A DNA stretch of 64,000 nt from Clostridiales bacterium (GTDB lineage: Bacteria > Bacillota > Clostridia > Christensenellales > Borkfalkiaceae). The first letter of the stretch is position 1. Every line of letters starts with the position of its first letter. This document shows positions 23,420 to 34,236 of this stretch, piece by piece. The notes below the pieces were generated by a model. The model had not been told where the DNA came from. It saw only the letters and a list, made by a program, of their open reading frames with translations, and searched no databases. The stretch lies in contig JALETB010000094.1 in the NCBI GenBank assembly GCA_022781715.1, positions 11,339 through 75,338 on the forward strand, given 5' to 3'. Position numbers and translations under genes: made by a program.

Positions 23420-26311
23420 ATGGAAGAAAAAAGAGAAGATTTATTAAAAAACTTAAAGAAAATCAACGCTATTTACGGCGAACTGGATGATTTGAGAGCA
23501 AAAGTCAAAGAGGCTAAGTCGTCGGTTTACGCGATAAACAAAAAGATTTCCGCCAAGGAAAAATCCTTAAGAGCAGAGCGCGAAGCCGCATTGAAAGCCG
23601 AACGCGAAGAGTTGACCACCGTCGAATCGTCAGTTGCGGAAGCCGAAACTCCTCATGCGACAGAAGTTCCGTCCGAAACCGAGGTTAAAGAAGTTAAGCC
23701 GGCAAACGAACAGGCTAAGGCAGCCGAAAAGGAAAATAAAGAAACCGTAACGGCGGCGAAGATAACTTCAAAGAAATCGGCGAAAGAATCCGCAAAGGAA
23801 GATGCTCAGAGAACCGCTTCCGATGCAGACGTAAAGTCCGGAGCGGAGAAAAAAGCCGACGCCGCCGCAAAGAGCGAAATCGAAAATGCCACCGAAACAA
23901 AGGTTGAAAAACCGGCGGCAACCGAGGAAAAATCGGCGGCAACCGAGGAAAAACCTGCGGAGAAGCCTGCGGAAAAAGTTGAAGAGAAGTCTGCCGTAAA
24001 ACCCGTTATGGACGAAAAAGCCATAAAGGAAGCGAGAAAGAAGGCCTTGGAAGAGGCTCAGGCAAGAGCACTTGCCGAAGCGAGAGCGAAAATTCTCGAG
24101 CAGAAGAAAAAAGAAGCCATCGCAAGGGGCGAAGACCCGTCTTTGGTCAAACTCGCAAGCGAAAAACCGAGAGTTTACGAGCCGCCGAAGAGAGAGCGTC
24201 CGCTTAAACGCGAGTACGTTCCGCAGGACGGAAGAAGACCCGGCGGCGCAAATCCGAGAACGCCTTCCGACAGACCTTTCGGTCAGAGATCGCCAATGCA
24301 AAAGCCCGGCGGTTTCGGCGGGGCGAAAAAAGCGGTCGAAATCTCTTACGTTCCGAAGGATACCGGCAAAAGTTTCGGCAATAAAAAGAAGTCGTCCGAG
24401 AAGAGTTACGACGATAAAAAGGGCATCAATAAAAAATCGCTCGCAAAAGGTCAGGTCAGCATAGACGATTTCGACGAAAACAAGAGCGGTTACAGAAAGG
24501 CGCGTAATAAAAAAGATAAAAAGGCCGAAGAGCAGACGCAGACCATTAAAATCGAAAAAGCCGTTATCAATAAGGAAATTATTCCCATAAAGGAATTATC
24601 CGAAAAACTCGGCATTTCCGCAATAGAAATAACAAAAAAACTCTTCAAAGAAGGTATCATGAAGACTATAAACGACTCGGTTGATTACGACACCGCGGGC
24701 GTTATAGCCGCAGACCTCGGAATCGAACTCGAACTTAAAATGGACAAGACAGCCGAAGAAGTTCTTTCCGAAACCTTCGATACGGCTGACGACGCGGCAA
24801 ATCTCGTCAAGAGACCCCCCGTCGTTACCGTTATGGGTCACGTCGACCACGGTAAAACCTCGCTTCTCGATCGTATCAGAAGTGCGAACGTTACGGCGTC
24901 CGAAGCGGGCGGAATCACGCAGCATATCGGCGCGTACACCGTCAGCGTAAACGGCGAAAAGATAACTTTCCTCGATACGCCCGGTCACGCCGCGTTCACT
25001 GCAATGAGAGCGCGCGGCGCGCAGATAACCGATATTGCGGTTCTCGTGGTTGCCGCAGACGACGGCATCATGCCGCAGACAATCGAAGCGATTCACCACG
25101 CTCAGGCGGCAGGCGTTTCGATAATCGTTGCGGCGAACAAAATCGATAAACCTCAGGCTAATATAGAAAGAGTAAAACAGCAACTTGCCGATCAGTCCGT
25201 TCTTATCGAAGAATGGGGCGGCGACGTGGCGTTTGTTCCCGTTTCGGCAAAGACGGGCGAAGGCGTCGACGACCTTCTCGAAACCATTCTTCTTACGGCA
25301 GACGTCAAAGAACTTAAGGCGAACCCGAACAGAATGGCTAAGGGCACGATTATCGAAGCGAAACTCGATAAGGGCAAAGGACCTGTCGCGACCGTTCTTA
25401 TCCAGAACGGAACGCTTCACACGGGAGATAATCTCGTTGCGGGTACGATTACCGGCAGAGTGAGAGCAATGATCGACGACAAGGGAAGAAACGTTAAAGA
25501 AGCGGGTCCGTCCATGGCAGTTTCGATTCTCGGCTTGGAGGAAGTTCCGAACGCAGGCGATTCTATTTACGCCGTAGAACAGGATAAACTCTCCAAACTC
25601 GTCGCTCAGGAAAGAAGAAACAAAGAGAGAGAAGAGATGATAAAACAATCTCAGAAGATCACTCTCGACGATTTGTTCTCCAAGATCAGCGACGGCAACC
25701 TTAAAGCATTGAATATTCTTATCAAAGCGGACGTTCAGGGTTCTGTTGAAGCGGTTAAGCAATCTCTTCTCGAACTTTCCGACGAAGAGGTTAAAGTTAA
25801 CGTAATTCACGCCGCGGTCGGCGCAATCAACGAAACGGACGTCATGCTCGCGGATTCTTCCAACGCTATAATTATCGGATTCAACGTCCGTCCCGATTCC
25901 AATGCCAAAACTTTGGCAGAGAGAAGCAAGGTCGATATCAGGCTCTACAGAATTATTTACGAGGCCATCGACGATGTAAAGAATGCAATGAAAGGTCTTA
26001 TCGCGCCGAAAACTCAGGAAATTTATATGGGTAAAGCGGAAGTCCGTCAGACATTCAAAATTACGGGCGTCGGCATGGTTGCCGGTTGCTATGTAACCGA
26101 GGGCAAGATCATCAGACATGGAAAACTTCGTATTTACAGAAACGACGTTATGATCTGCGAAGGAAACGTAAACCAACTCAAACGTTTCAAAGACGACGTG
26201 AAAGAGGTTTCTCAGGGCTTCGAATGCGGTATTTCTATCGAGAATTTCAACGATATTCAAATCGGCGATTTTATCGAGAGTTATCTCATAGAAATCAAAC
26301 CCGTCGTATAA
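23420..26311 (+). CDS. infB: Translation initiation factor IF-2
   Basis: 963 aa with G-domain motifs [20 protein letters not shown] and NKID. Long K/E/A-rich N-terminal region. Confidence 0.97.
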   Translation: MEEKREDLLKNLKKINAIYGELDDLRAKVKEAKSSVYAINKKISAKEKSLRAEREAALKAEREELTTVESSVAEAETPHATEVPSETEVKEVKPANEQAKAAEKENKETVTAAKITSKKSAKESAKEDAQRTASDADVKSGAEKKADAAAKSEIENATETKVEKPAATEEKSAATEEKPAEKPAEKVEEKSAVKPVMDEKAIKEARKKALEEAQARALAEARAKILEQKKKEAIARGEDPSLVKLASEKPRVYEPPKRERPLKREYVPQDGRRPGGANPRTPSDRPFGQRSPMQKPGGFGGAKKAVEISYVPKDTGKSFGNKKKSSEKSYDDKKGINKKSLAKGQVSIDDFDENKSGYRKARNKKDKKAEEQTQTIKIEKAVINKEIIPIKELSEKLGISAIEITKKLFKEGIMKTINDSVDYDTAGVIAADLGIELELKMDKTAEEVLSETFDTADDAANLVKRPPVVTVMGHVDHGKTSLLDRIRSANVTASEAGGITQHIGAYTVSVNGEKITFLDTPGHAAFTAMRARGAQITDIAVLVVAADDGIMPQTIEAIHHAQAAGVSIIVAANKIDKPQANIERVKQQLADQSVLIEEWGGDVAFVPVSAKTGEGVDDLLETILLTADVKELKANPNRMAKGTIIEAKLDKGKGPVATVLIQNGTLHTGDNLVAGTITGRVRAMIDDKGRNVKEAGPSMAVSILGLEEVPNAGDSIYAVEQDKLSKLVAQERRNKEREEMIKQSQKITLDDLFSKISDGNLKALNILIKADVQGSVEAVKQSLLELSDEEVKVNVIHAAVGAINETDVMLADSSNAIIIGFNVRPDSNAKTLAERSKVDIRLYRIIYEAIDDVKNAMKGLIAPKTQEIYMGKAEVRQTFKITGVGMVAGCYVTEGKIIRHGKLRIYRNDVMICEGNVNQLKRFKDDVKEVSQGFECGISIENFNDIQIGDFIESYLIEIKPVV

Positions 26312-26323
26312 AATAATCGAATT

Positions 26324-26352
26324 TGCCGACATTGAACATGTCGGCATTTTTT
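26324..26352 (+). terminator. Intrinsic terminator-like hairpin between infB and rbfA
   Basis: TGCCGACAT (26324-26332) pairs with ATGTCGGCA (26338-26346), followed by T6. The rbfA RBS starts immediately afterwards. Confidence 0.6.
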
Positions 26353-26365
26353 GAAGAGAGGTATC

Positions 26366-26767
26366 ATGAAAGAAAAAAGAGAAAAGAGGTTGAACAGCGA
26401 ATTTCAGAAAGAAATTTACTCGATCTTGAAAAATAAGATAAAAAACCCGGCTATATCCGAGATGTTCAGCATTTCGGAAGTAGACGTTACGAACGATTTA
26501 AAGCATGCAAAAGTATTCGTTTCGGTTTTTTCGACCGATAAGGCAAAGGCTCAGGTGACGTTTGAGGCGATTTGCGCGTCCGCAAAAGCGGTAAGGACGG
26601 AACTGAGCAAAACGATGCATATACGAACAGTGCCGGAACTTCATTTCGTCACGGACAACTCGACGGACTACGGCAATAAAATCGATAATATTCTCAGCAC
26701 GCTCACTTATGTGACGTCTCCGGACGACGAATCGGAAACCGATAACGGCGAGATTAAGGATAACTGA
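26366..26767 (+). CDS. rbfA: Ribosome-binding factor A
   Basis: About 133 aa from ATG 26366 (GAGAGG RBS). RLNSEFQKEI, and VDVTNDLKHAKVFVS is typical of RbfA. Confidence 0.9.
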   Translation: MKEKREKRLNSEFQKEIYSILKNKIKNPAISEMFSISEVDVTNDLKHAKVFVSVFSTDKAKAQVTFEAICASAKAVRTELSKTMHIRTVPELHFVTDNSTDYGNKIDNILSTLTYVTSPDDESETDNGEIKDN

Positions 26768-26768
26768 A

Positions 26769-27722
26769 ATGACGCTTAAAGAAATTGCTACAGAGTTAAA
26801 AAAATTCAACAGCGTGCTTATTTTTTCGCATGCGAGACCGGACGGCGACACGCTCGGCTCGGCGATGGCGTTGAAAACCGCGCTGAATAATCTCGGAATT
26901 GAAGCGGATGTCGTGTGCGCGTCGGATATCCCCGAAAAATACGATATTTTTCCCGCTTTCAAAACAATAAAAAAACCGTCTGAAATTCAAAAAAAATATG
27001 CCGCGCACGTTTCCGTCGATATTTCGGTGGAAAGTATGTTCGGCGACAGTTATAATCTTTACACGAAAAATGCGAACCTTTTCAATATAGATCACCACGT
27101 TTCAAATTCGCGTTATGCGAAGTATAATTTTGTCAGGGATAATGCGGCTTGCTGTGAAATTATCTATGAGTTTATGCAATGCCTTGGCGCGGAAATTACG
27201 AGCGAAATAGCCGATTATCTCATTCTCGGAATAATCACAGACACGGGCAACTTCATGCATAGCAACGTGACCGAGAATACTTTTTTTGTCGCGTCGAAAC
27301 TCGTTGCTGCGGGCGCGAGAATTCACGACATTACATACCGGATGTTCAAGGACCAGACCAAGGCGAGAGCATTGCTTTTTGCAAGGGTAATTTCCAAAAT
27401 GAGATTTTTCCTCGACGATAAACTTGCGATTATTTCCGTTCTTGCGGACGATTTTGAACAGACAGGCGCGAAACAGGAAGTGACGGAAGGTTTTATCGAT
27501 TTTCCGCTTTCGATACGTGGCGTTGAGGTCGCCGTTTCTATCATGGAGTCGAAAAAGAACTGTTATAAGGTAAGTTTCAGAAGTAAAGGGAAGGTTAACG
27601 TCAACGAAGTCGCTTCCGTTTTCGGCGGTGGAGGACATATTCTTGCAAGCGGCTGCATGATCTGCGGGTTTTACGAGGATGTGAAGGACAAAATCATCAA
27701 AGCCGTTTCCGACGCCCTTTGA
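26769..27722 (+). CDS. nrnA: DHH/DHHA1 phosphoesterase (NrnA-type oligoribonuclease/pAp phosphatase)
   Basis: 317 aa with SHARPDGDTLGS, NIDHHVSN and GGGH motifs. Confidence 0.85.
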   Translation: MTLKEIATELKKFNSVLIFSHARPDGDTLGSAMALKTALNNLGIEADVVCASDIPEKYDIFPAFKTIKKPSEIQKKYAAHVSVDISVESMFGDSYNLYTKNANLFNIDHHVSNSRYAKYNFVRDNAACCEIIYEFMQCLGAEITSEIADYLILGIITDTGNFMHSNVTENTFFVASKLVAAGARIHDITYRMFKDQTKARALLFARVISKMRFFLDDKLAIISVLADDFEQTGAKQEVTEGFIDFPLSIRGVEVAVSIMESKKNCYKVSFRSKGKVNVNEVASVFGGGGHILASGCMICGFYEDVKDKIIKAVSDAL

Positions 27723-27744
27723 TTAAATACTGGTTACCGAAAAA

Positions 27745-28599
27745 ATGAACGGATTTTTGAATATTTATAAACCTAAAGGCGTAAGTTCCGCCAAGGTTCT
27801 CAATTCGCTGAAAAAGTCTTTGAAAGGCGTAACTATAGGGCATATGGGAACGCTCGACCCGCTCGCGAGCGGCGTTCTGCCTGTCGCGCTCGGAAAATCG
27901 ACCAGATTATTCGATTATTTGCTCGACAAGGATAAAACTTACGTCGCGACTTTTGCGTTCGGTTACGAAACGGACACGCTCGACCTCGAAGGAAAAGTTG
28001 TCAGAACTAACGATTATATTCCTTCGGAAGCCGAGTTGACGGAAAAATCTGCCGCGCTTATCGGCGATATAATGCAGGTTCCTCCCGTCTTTTCGGCTAA
28101 ATGCGTCAACGGTAAGAGAAGTTATCAACTTGCGCGCAGGGGCGAGGAATTCGAATTACCTCCCAAAATGGTGACGATTAATTCAATAAAACTAATCGAT
28201 AAAGTCTCCGACGGCGAATACCGATTCGAAATATCGTGTAAAGGCGGAACGTATATCAGGTCGATTGTGAGAGACCTTGCCGCTTTGTGTGGCACGGTCG
28301 GTACGATGACCGATCTTGTCAGAACAAAATCGGGCGTTTTTGAAATTGAAAGCAGCGTTAAAGTTGAAGATTTTATTGCGGCGGACAGCAAAAAAGATTA
28401 CCTGATTGCTCCCGAAACAGTTGTTTTTTATCCCGAAATTCATCTTAACGAAAGAGAAAGCGTAAGGTTATATAACGGTCTTTATGACGTTTTTCCCTAT
28501 CCCGACGGCTTGTACAAAATTTTTGCTCCCGACGGATTTTACGGGATAGGCGAAGTGACAGGCGGAAAAATTAAGACGAAAGCATATATCAGAGATTGA
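27745..28599 (+). CDS. truB: tRNA pseudouridine(55) synthase
   Basis: 284 aa with GHMGTLDPLASGVLPV, which carries the catalytic Asp. Confidence 0.95.
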   Translation: MNGFLNIYKPKGVSSAKVLNSLKKSLKGVTIGHMGTLDPLASGVLPVALGKSTRLFDYLLDKDKTYVATFAFGYETDTLDLEGKVVRTNDYIPSEAELTEKSAALIGDIMQVPPVFSAKCVNGKRSYQLARRGEEFELPPKMVTINSIKLIDKVSDGEYRFEISCKGGTYIRSIVRDLAALCGTVGTMTDLVRTKSGVFEIESSVKVEDFIAADSKKDYLIAPETVVFYPEIHLNERESVRLYNGLYDVFPYPDGLYKIFAPDGFYGIGEVTGGKIKTKAYIRD

Positions 28600-28600
28600 A

Positions 28601-29479
28601 ATGAAGATTGTAAATTACGGTGAAAATGATTCCGAAAAAGTAGTTTTGCTTCTCGGTTATTTTGATTGTATTCATGTCGGACATCAGGAATTAATCAATA
28701 AAGCGAGGAATCTGAAAGACGTAAAAGGTTGCAAAATTGCTTTATTTACCTTTAAAAATGACGATTTTTCCAAAGATGGCGCATTGCTTTTGTTCGATGA
28801 AAGAATTGCAAAAGCCGAAAGACTCGGCGTCGACGAAGTCATCGTCGCAGATTTTAACGAGGAGTTTAAAAATACGTCTTGCGAGGATTTCATCGACAAA
28901 CTCTACAGGACTCTTAACGTCTCGGCTGTTATTTGCGGCTTCGATTATAAATTCGGGAAAAACGCCTGCGGTAGCGCGCAAACGCTCGCCGGCATATGCG
29001 AGAGAAGAAATACGCCGTGTTACATTATCCCGAAAACGGAATCGAACGGAGAAAAAATATCTTCCACGCTGATAAAATCCTTGTTAAAACAAGGAAAAAT
29101 CAATGAAGCGAACAAACTCCTGGGTGAGGAATATTCTCTCACAGGGCAGGTCGTTCACGGTCGGGAAGTCGGCAGAACCATAGGTTTCCCCACGGCGAAC
29201 GTCAATGTTCCGGAAAATAAATTTCGCATAAAAAACGGCGTTTATAAAACGCGCGTTCTTATCGACGGAAAAGCCTACGACGCGATAACCAATTACGGCG
29301 CGCGCCCGACTTTTAATCTCGGCGAAGTGCTTACGGAATCGTTTGTAAAAGGTTTCGACGGTGATTTGTACGGAAAAGTAATAACCGTGATTTTTATAGA
29401 TTTTATCAGAGATATTAAAAAGTTTTATGATACAGAAAAATTGAAAGAACAACTTGAAAAGGACAAAAAATATGATTAA
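28601..29479 (+). CDS. ribF: Bifunctional riboflavin kinase/FAD synthetase
   Basis: 292 aa with GYFDCIHVGHQEL, GREVGRTIGFPTAN and a C-terminal kinase domain. Confidence 0.94.
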   Translation: MKIVNYGENDSEKVVLLLGYFDCIHVGHQELINKARNLKDVKGCKIALFTFKNDDFSKDGALLLFDERIAKAERLGVDEVIVADFNEEFKNTSCEDFIDKLYRTLNVSAVICGFDYKFGKNACGSAQTLAGICERRNTPCYIIPKTESNGEKISSTLIKSLLKQGKINEANKLLGEEYSLTGQVVHGREVGRTIGFPTANVNVPENKFRIKNGVYKTRVLIDGKAYDAITNYGARPTFNLGEVLTESFVKGFDGDLYGKVITVIFIDFIRDIKKFYDTEKLKEQLEKDKKYD

Positions 29480-30317
29480 ATTCGGACCGAGCGGAAACAG
29501 CGAGAGTTTCCTTCAGCAAAAAGATAAGTCCACCGAGAACGCGGCGAAATGGTGTCGCGGGATGGGGCTGGATTGTTACGAATATTCGTTCGGAAGAGGT
29601 GTTAACTTAAGCGAAGAAAAAGCGGTAAGCATAGGCAACGCATTTAAAAACGAAGGTCTTGAACTCAGCGTTCACGCACCGTATTTCATCAATCTTGCCA
29701 CGCCCGAAGAGGAAAAGGCAATTAATTCATATAATTACATATTGTCGAGCGCGAAGATGATGAAACTGATGCAGGGCAGAAGAATTGTCTTTCATCCCGC
29801 CGCGCAGGGAAAGGCGACGCGCGAAGAAGCCGTAAGCAAAACTCTCGACAGGATAAAAATTCTTCGCGACCTCATTTATGAAAATGCTTTGGACGATATG
29901 ATTTTTTGTCCCGAAACGATGGGAAAATCGGCGCAGATAGGAACTATCGAGGAGATAGCGGCTTTCTGTAAGGTTGACAAATGTTTCATTCCTACAATCG
30001 ATTTCGGTCACGTCAACGCGAGAGAGCAGGGCAGCCTTAAAACGGCGGACGATTTCAAATCGCGGCTCGAATATCTTATCGGCGAACTCGGAGTGGAGAA
30101 AATGAAACATTTCCACGTTCATTTTTCAAAAATACAGTATTCGGTGAAAGGCGAAATAAGACACCTGACCTTTGAAGATACTCAGTACGGTCCGGAATTT
30201 GAGCCGCTTGCTGTAGCGTTAAAAGAACTTGATCTCGAGCCGATCGTTATATGCGAATCCGCGGGAACGCAGGCGGAAGACGCTCTTACAATGAAAAAGA
30301 TTTATTTCGGCGAATAA
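29472..30317 (+). CDS. Endonuclease IV-like TIM-barrel protein (xylose isomerase-like fold)
   Basis: MIKFGPSGN...; SVHAPYFINLATPEEEK and IVFHPAAQG parallel the Nfo H..YLINL and FHPG blocks. ATG 29472 overlaps the ribF stop by 8 nt. Confidence 0.7.
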   Translation: MIKFGPSGNSESFLQQKDKSTENAAKWCRGMGLDCYEYSFGRGVNLSEEKAVSIGNAFKNEGLELSVHAPYFINLATPEEEKAINSYNYILSSAKMMKLMQGRRIVFHPAAQGKATREEAVSKTLDRIKILRDLIYENALDDMIFCPETMGKSAQIGTIEEIAAFCKVDKCFIPTIDFGHVNAREQGSLKTADDFKSRLEYLIGELGVEKMKHFHVHFSKIQYSVKGEIRHLTFEDTQYGPEFEPLAVALKELDLEPIVICESAGTQAEDALTMKKIYFGE

Positions 30318-30360
30318 CGCAAAATCCCTTGCGAAATGTGAACGAATGTTAACGAATATG

Positions 30361-30398
30361 AAGAAAAATCTATGAAAATTCACGGATTTTTCTTTTTT
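30361..30398 (+). terminator. Intrinsic terminator after the ribF/nfo-like unit
   Basis: AAGAAAAATC (30361-30370) pairs with GATTTTTCTT (30385-30394), running into a T-run. Confidence 0.55.
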
Positions 30399-30415
30399 AA
30401 TATGCAAGTATTTTA

Positions 30416-30450
30416 TTGACATTTTTTTAAAATAGAACTAAAATTCTATT
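30416..30450 (+). promoter_or_regulatory. Sigma-A promoter with overlapping palindromic operator, upstream of the ABC exporter pair
   Basis: TTGACA (30416-30421), 17 nt, TAAAAT (30439-30444). The inverted repeat AATAGAA-N6-TTCTATT (30431-30450) covers the -10. Confidence 0.5.
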
Positions 30451-30472
30451 ACTTGAGTATCATAGAGGTAGT

Positions 30473-32242
30473 ATGTTAAAAAAGTTAGTGAAGTGTTTAC
30501 GGGAATACAAGTCCGTAACAATACTCACCATGTTGTGTATGGTGGTCGAAGCGGCGATGGAGGTTCTGATACCTCTTCTTATTTTCCGTTTCGGAAAGTG
30601 CGTTCAGCCGACCGGCGGAGGCAGTCCGGATACAAAAGGAATGATTCTGAACGGTTGTCTTATGATCGGCGCGGCGATTATTTCCCTTGTCGCGGGGATG
30701 TTCGGCGGAAAACTCTGCGCGAAGGCGTCTGCGGGATTTGCAAAAAACCTTCGTCGCGATATGTTCGAAAACATTCAGAGTTTTTCGTTTTCGAATATAG
30801 ATAAATTCAGTCCGTCGTCATTGGTTACCCGTCTTACCACGGATATAACCAACGTTCAGATGTCCTTCATGATGCTGATCAGAACGGCTATAAGAAGTCC
30901 GCTTATGCTCATTTTCTCGATAGTCATGAGTTTCAGCATTCATCCTTATCTTCCCACGATTTTCTTCGTGACGGTGCCGTTCCTCGGAATCGGTCTTTTA
31001 ATCATCATAAAAAAGGCGTTGCCGATTTTTAAAAAGTTATTCACCAAATACGACGCGATGAACGAGTCGGTTCAGGAAAATATCGGCGGAATGCGCGTCG
31101 TTAAGGCGTACGTCAGAGAAGATTACGAATCAAAAAAATTCGCCGGAGTCTCCAACGAATTGTGCAGAGAATTCACTAAGGCGGAAAAAATTCTTGCTTT
31201 CAACTCTCCGCTTATGCAGGTTTGTCTGCAAGGCGCATTGCTCGCGCTCGGTTTTTTCGGTTCGAAAATAATCCTGTTTACGACCGGAACAACGCTCGAC
31301 GCGTTCGGTTTGCAGAGTCTTACGACTTATTCGTTGCAGATTCTTATGTCGCTGATGATGATCTCTATGATTTTCGTCATGATCGTAATGTCGCTCGAGT
31401 CCGCCCGCAGAATAGTGGAAGTTCTCGACGAAAAAAGCACGATTACGAATCCTTCCGACCCCGTTATGCAGGTTAAGAACGGCGATATTACTTTCGAGAA
31501 CGTAAGTTTCAAATATTCCGCGGAAGCAAAAAAATTTGCGCTTGAAAATATCAACCTTGATATAAAATCGGGGCAGACTATAGGTATCATAGGCGGCACC
31601 GGCTCGTCCAAAACAACGCTCGTCAACCTTATTTCTCGTTTGTACGACGTTACGGAAGGTTCGGTTAAGGTCGGAGATATCGACGTAAGAAAATACGACA
31701 CGGACGTACTACGAAAAAGCGTAGCGGTTGTGTTGCAGAAAAATATGCTTTTCAGCGGAACTATTAAGGAAAATATCCGCTGGGGAAAAGAGGACGCGAC
31801 CGACGAAGAGATTATCGCCGCATGCAAACTCGCTCAGGCGGATGAATTCATAACGCAGTTTCCTAACGGATACGATACGGTTATCGATCAGGGCGGCGCG
31901 AACGTCTCCGGAGGACAAAAACAACGTCTTTGCATCGCGCGCGCTATAATTTCAAGCCCGAAAGTGCTTATTCTCGACGATTCGACCAGCGCAGTCGATA
32001 TGAAGACGGACGCGCTTCTTCGCGCCGCGTTCAAAAAATTCATTCCCGAAACCACGAAGATTATCATCGCTCAGAGAATCGCTTCCGTTATGGAAGCCGA
32101 TCAGATTGTCGTTATGGAAAACGGAAAGATCAACGCGATCGGAACGCACGAGCAACTTATCGGAACGAACGAAATTTACAGAGAAGTTTATTATTCTCAG
32201 AATAAAAACAGCGAAAGCGAAGGAGGCGAGCAGAATGTCTAA
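30473..32242 (+). CDS. ABC exporter, fused permease/ATPase subunit A (multidrug/lipid type)
   Basis: 589 aa with six N-terminal TM helices, Walker A GGTGSSKTTL, signature VSGGQKQRL and Walker B LILDDSTSAVD. Confidence 0.9.
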   Translation: MLKKLVKCLREYKSVTILTMLCMVVEAAMEVLIPLLIFRFGKCVQPTGGGSPDTKGMILNGCLMIGAAIISLVAGMFGGKLCAKASAGFAKNLRRDMFENIQSFSFSNIDKFSPSSLVTRLTTDITNVQMSFMMLIRTAIRSPLMLIFSIVMSFSIHPYLPTIFFVTVPFLGIGLLIIIKKALPIFKKLFTKYDAMNESVQENIGGMRVVKAYVREDYESKKFAGVSNELCREFTKAEKILAFNSPLMQVCLQGALLALGFFGSKIILFTTGTTLDAFGLQSLTTYSLQILMSLMMISMIFVMIVMSLESARRIVEVLDEKSTITNPSDPVMQVKNGDITFENVSFKYSAEAKKFALENINLDIKSGQTIGIIGGTGSSKTTLVNLISRLYDVTEGSVKVGDIDVRKYDTDVLRKSVAVVLQKNMLFSGTIKENIRWGKEDATDEEIIAACKLAQADEFITQFPNGYDTVIDQGGANVSGGQKQRLCIARAIISSPKVLILDDSTSAVDMKTDALLRAAFKKFIPETTKIIIAQRIASVMEADQIVVMENGKINAIGTHEQLIGTNEIYREVYYSQNKNSESEGGEQNV

Positions 32243-34208
32243 AACGGCAGCAATGAGCGGGAAAAAACCGCCGATGCGCGGTATGGGCGGCAAAGCCGAT
32301 TTCGGTGCGCTCAAAAGAGTGATAGGCTTGCTTTTCAAAAATTATAAAGGCTTGCTTTTCGCTGTCGGTATCTGCCTTGTGGTAAGCGCGATATCCGGTT
32401 CGATTGCGGGCGTGTTCCTCCAGAATTTGTACAAACAATTCGATATATTTCTTAAAGGCGGCTCGGCAGACGAAGCCTGGAGAAACGTAATCGTAATTCT
32501 TTCGACGATGCTCGGAATTTACGCGTTCGGCTGGATATCGAGTTTGTTGCTCGGTCAGTTCGGGGCGGTTCTCACTCAGAGATTCCTCAGAGATATGCGT
32601 AACGATATGTTCGACAAGATGGAAAAATTGCCGATCAAATATTTCGACCGCAACGCTCACGGCGATATAATGAGTATCTACACGAACGATATCGACGCCA
32701 TCCGCCAACTCGTATCCCAGTCCTTACCGCAACTTTGCATGACGACGATAACGCTCGTCACGCTCACGTTCGTAATGCTTTATTACAGCATAATTCTTTG
32801 GGCGATAGTTGTGGTCGGTGTTATCGCGATTCTTTTCATAACGAAGAAAATCGGCGGAAAAAGCGCGAAATACTTCATGGCGCAACAGCGTTCCGTGGGT
32901 AAAGTCGAAGGTTATATCGAAGAGATGATGAACGGACAAAAAGTCGTTAAAGTTTTCTGTCACGAAGAGAAGACGCTTAAAGGCTTCGATAATCTTAACG
33001 ACGAACTTTTCGACGTTTCGGATAAGGCTAACGGCTTTTCGAATATGCTTATGCCGATCATTCACAATATCGGTAACATAATGTACGTCGTCATCGCATT
33101 TATCGGTTGCGGAATTTACATTATGTCAAACGGACAGGGCATTAATATAGGATTCGAAGGGCTTATAAAAACGGGGAGTTTTGTCGAAACTCTTACCATT
33201 CCCGTCGTCGTTGCATTCCTCGGAATGGCTCGTCAGTTCGCGAACCAGATGGGGCAAATATCCAACCAGATCAACTCGGTGATAATGGCTATGGCAGGCG
33301 CGGCGAGAGTGTTCGAACTCATCGATCAGAAACCCGAAGAAGATAATGGCTACGTAACGCTCGTGAACGTCGAAAAAGACGAAAACGGCGAACTGTGCGA
33401 ATCCGATAAAAGAACGGGTATGTGGGCGTGGAAACACCCGCACAGCGCGGATTCCACAATTACGTACACGCCGCTTAAAGGCGCGATCGTTATGGACGAC
33501 GTCGATTTCGGTTACGACGAAAACAAAATCGTTCTTCACAACATTTCGCTTTATGCAGAGCCGGGGCATAAAATCGCCTTCGTAGGCGCAACCGGCGCAG
33601 GTAAAACGACGATAACGAACCTCATCAACAGATTTTACGATATCGCCGACGGAAAGATTCGCTATGACGGAATCAATATTAACAAAATCAAGAAAGGCGA
33701 TTTAAGACGCTCGCTCGGAATAGTTTTGCAGGATACAAACTTGTTTACGGGAACGGTTATGGATAATATTCGTTACGGAAAACTCGACGCAACCGACGAG
33801 GAGTGTATTGCCGCCGCGAAACTTGCCGGCGCGGACGATTTCATAACCCGCTTGCCGAAAGGTTATGACACGGAACTTTCGGGTAACGGCTCGAATCTTT
33901 CGCAAGGGCAGAGACAACTTATTTCCATTGCGAGAGCCGCCGTCGCCGATCCGCCGGTAATGATTCTCGACGAGGCCACGTCGTCTATCGATACGAGAAC
34001 GGAAGCGATCGTTCAGCGCGGAATGGATAAACTTATGGAAGGCAGAACGGTTTTCGTTATCGCTCACAGACTTTCCACGGTTATGAATTCCGACGTTATA
34101 ATGGTTCTCGATCACGGCAGAATAATCGAACGTGGAAGTCACGAAAAACTAATCGCCGAAAAAGGCACTTATTATCAACTTTATACGGGCGCGTTCGAAC
34201 TCGAATAA
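32235..34208 (+). CDS. ABC exporter, fused permease/ATPase subunit B (heterodimer partner)
   Basis: 657 aa from ATG 32235 (AGGAGG RBS, 8-nt overlap with subunit A). Walker A GATGAGKTTI, signature LSQGQRQL, Walker B MILDEATSSID. Confidence 0.9.
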   Translation: MSKTAAMSGKKPPMRGMGGKADFGALKRVIGLLFKNYKGLLFAVGICLVVSAISGSIAGVFLQNLYKQFDIFLKGGSADEAWRNVIVILSTMLGIYAFGWISSLLLGQFGAVLTQRFLRDMRNDMFDKMEKLPIKYFDRNAHGDIMSIYTNDIDAIRQLVSQSLPQLCMTTITLVTLTFVMLYYSIILWAIVVVGVIAILFITKKIGGKSAKYFMAQQRSVGKVEGYIEEMMNGQKVVKVFCHEEKTLKGFDNLNDELFDVSDKANGFSNMLMPIIHNIGNIMYVVIAFIGCGIYIMSNGQGINIGFEGLIKTGSFVETLTIPVVVAFLGMARQFANQMGQISNQINSVIMAMAGAARVFELIDQKPEEDNGYVTLVNVEKDENGELCESDKRTGMWAWKHPHSADSTITYTPLKGAIVMDDVDFGYDENKIVLHNISLYAEPGHKIAFVGATGAGKTTITNLINRFYDIADGKIRYDGININKIKKGDLRRSLGIVLQDTNLFTGTVMDNIRYGKLDATDEECIAAAKLAGADDFITRLPKGYDTELSGNGSNLSQGQRQLISIARAAVADPPVMILDEATSSIDTRTEAIVQRGMDKLMEGRTVFVIAHRLSTVMNSDVIMVLDHGRIIERGSHEKLIAEKGTYYQLYTGAFELE

Positions 34209-34236
34209 AACAAAATCCTAAGGAGTGGTGAAATAT

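Noticed and set aside
23700-24000. Short tandem duplications ([22 protein letters not shown]) in the infB 5' region.
   Set aside because: The IF-2 N-terminal domain is generally a variable, K/E/A-rich low-complexity region. I see nothing beyond that.
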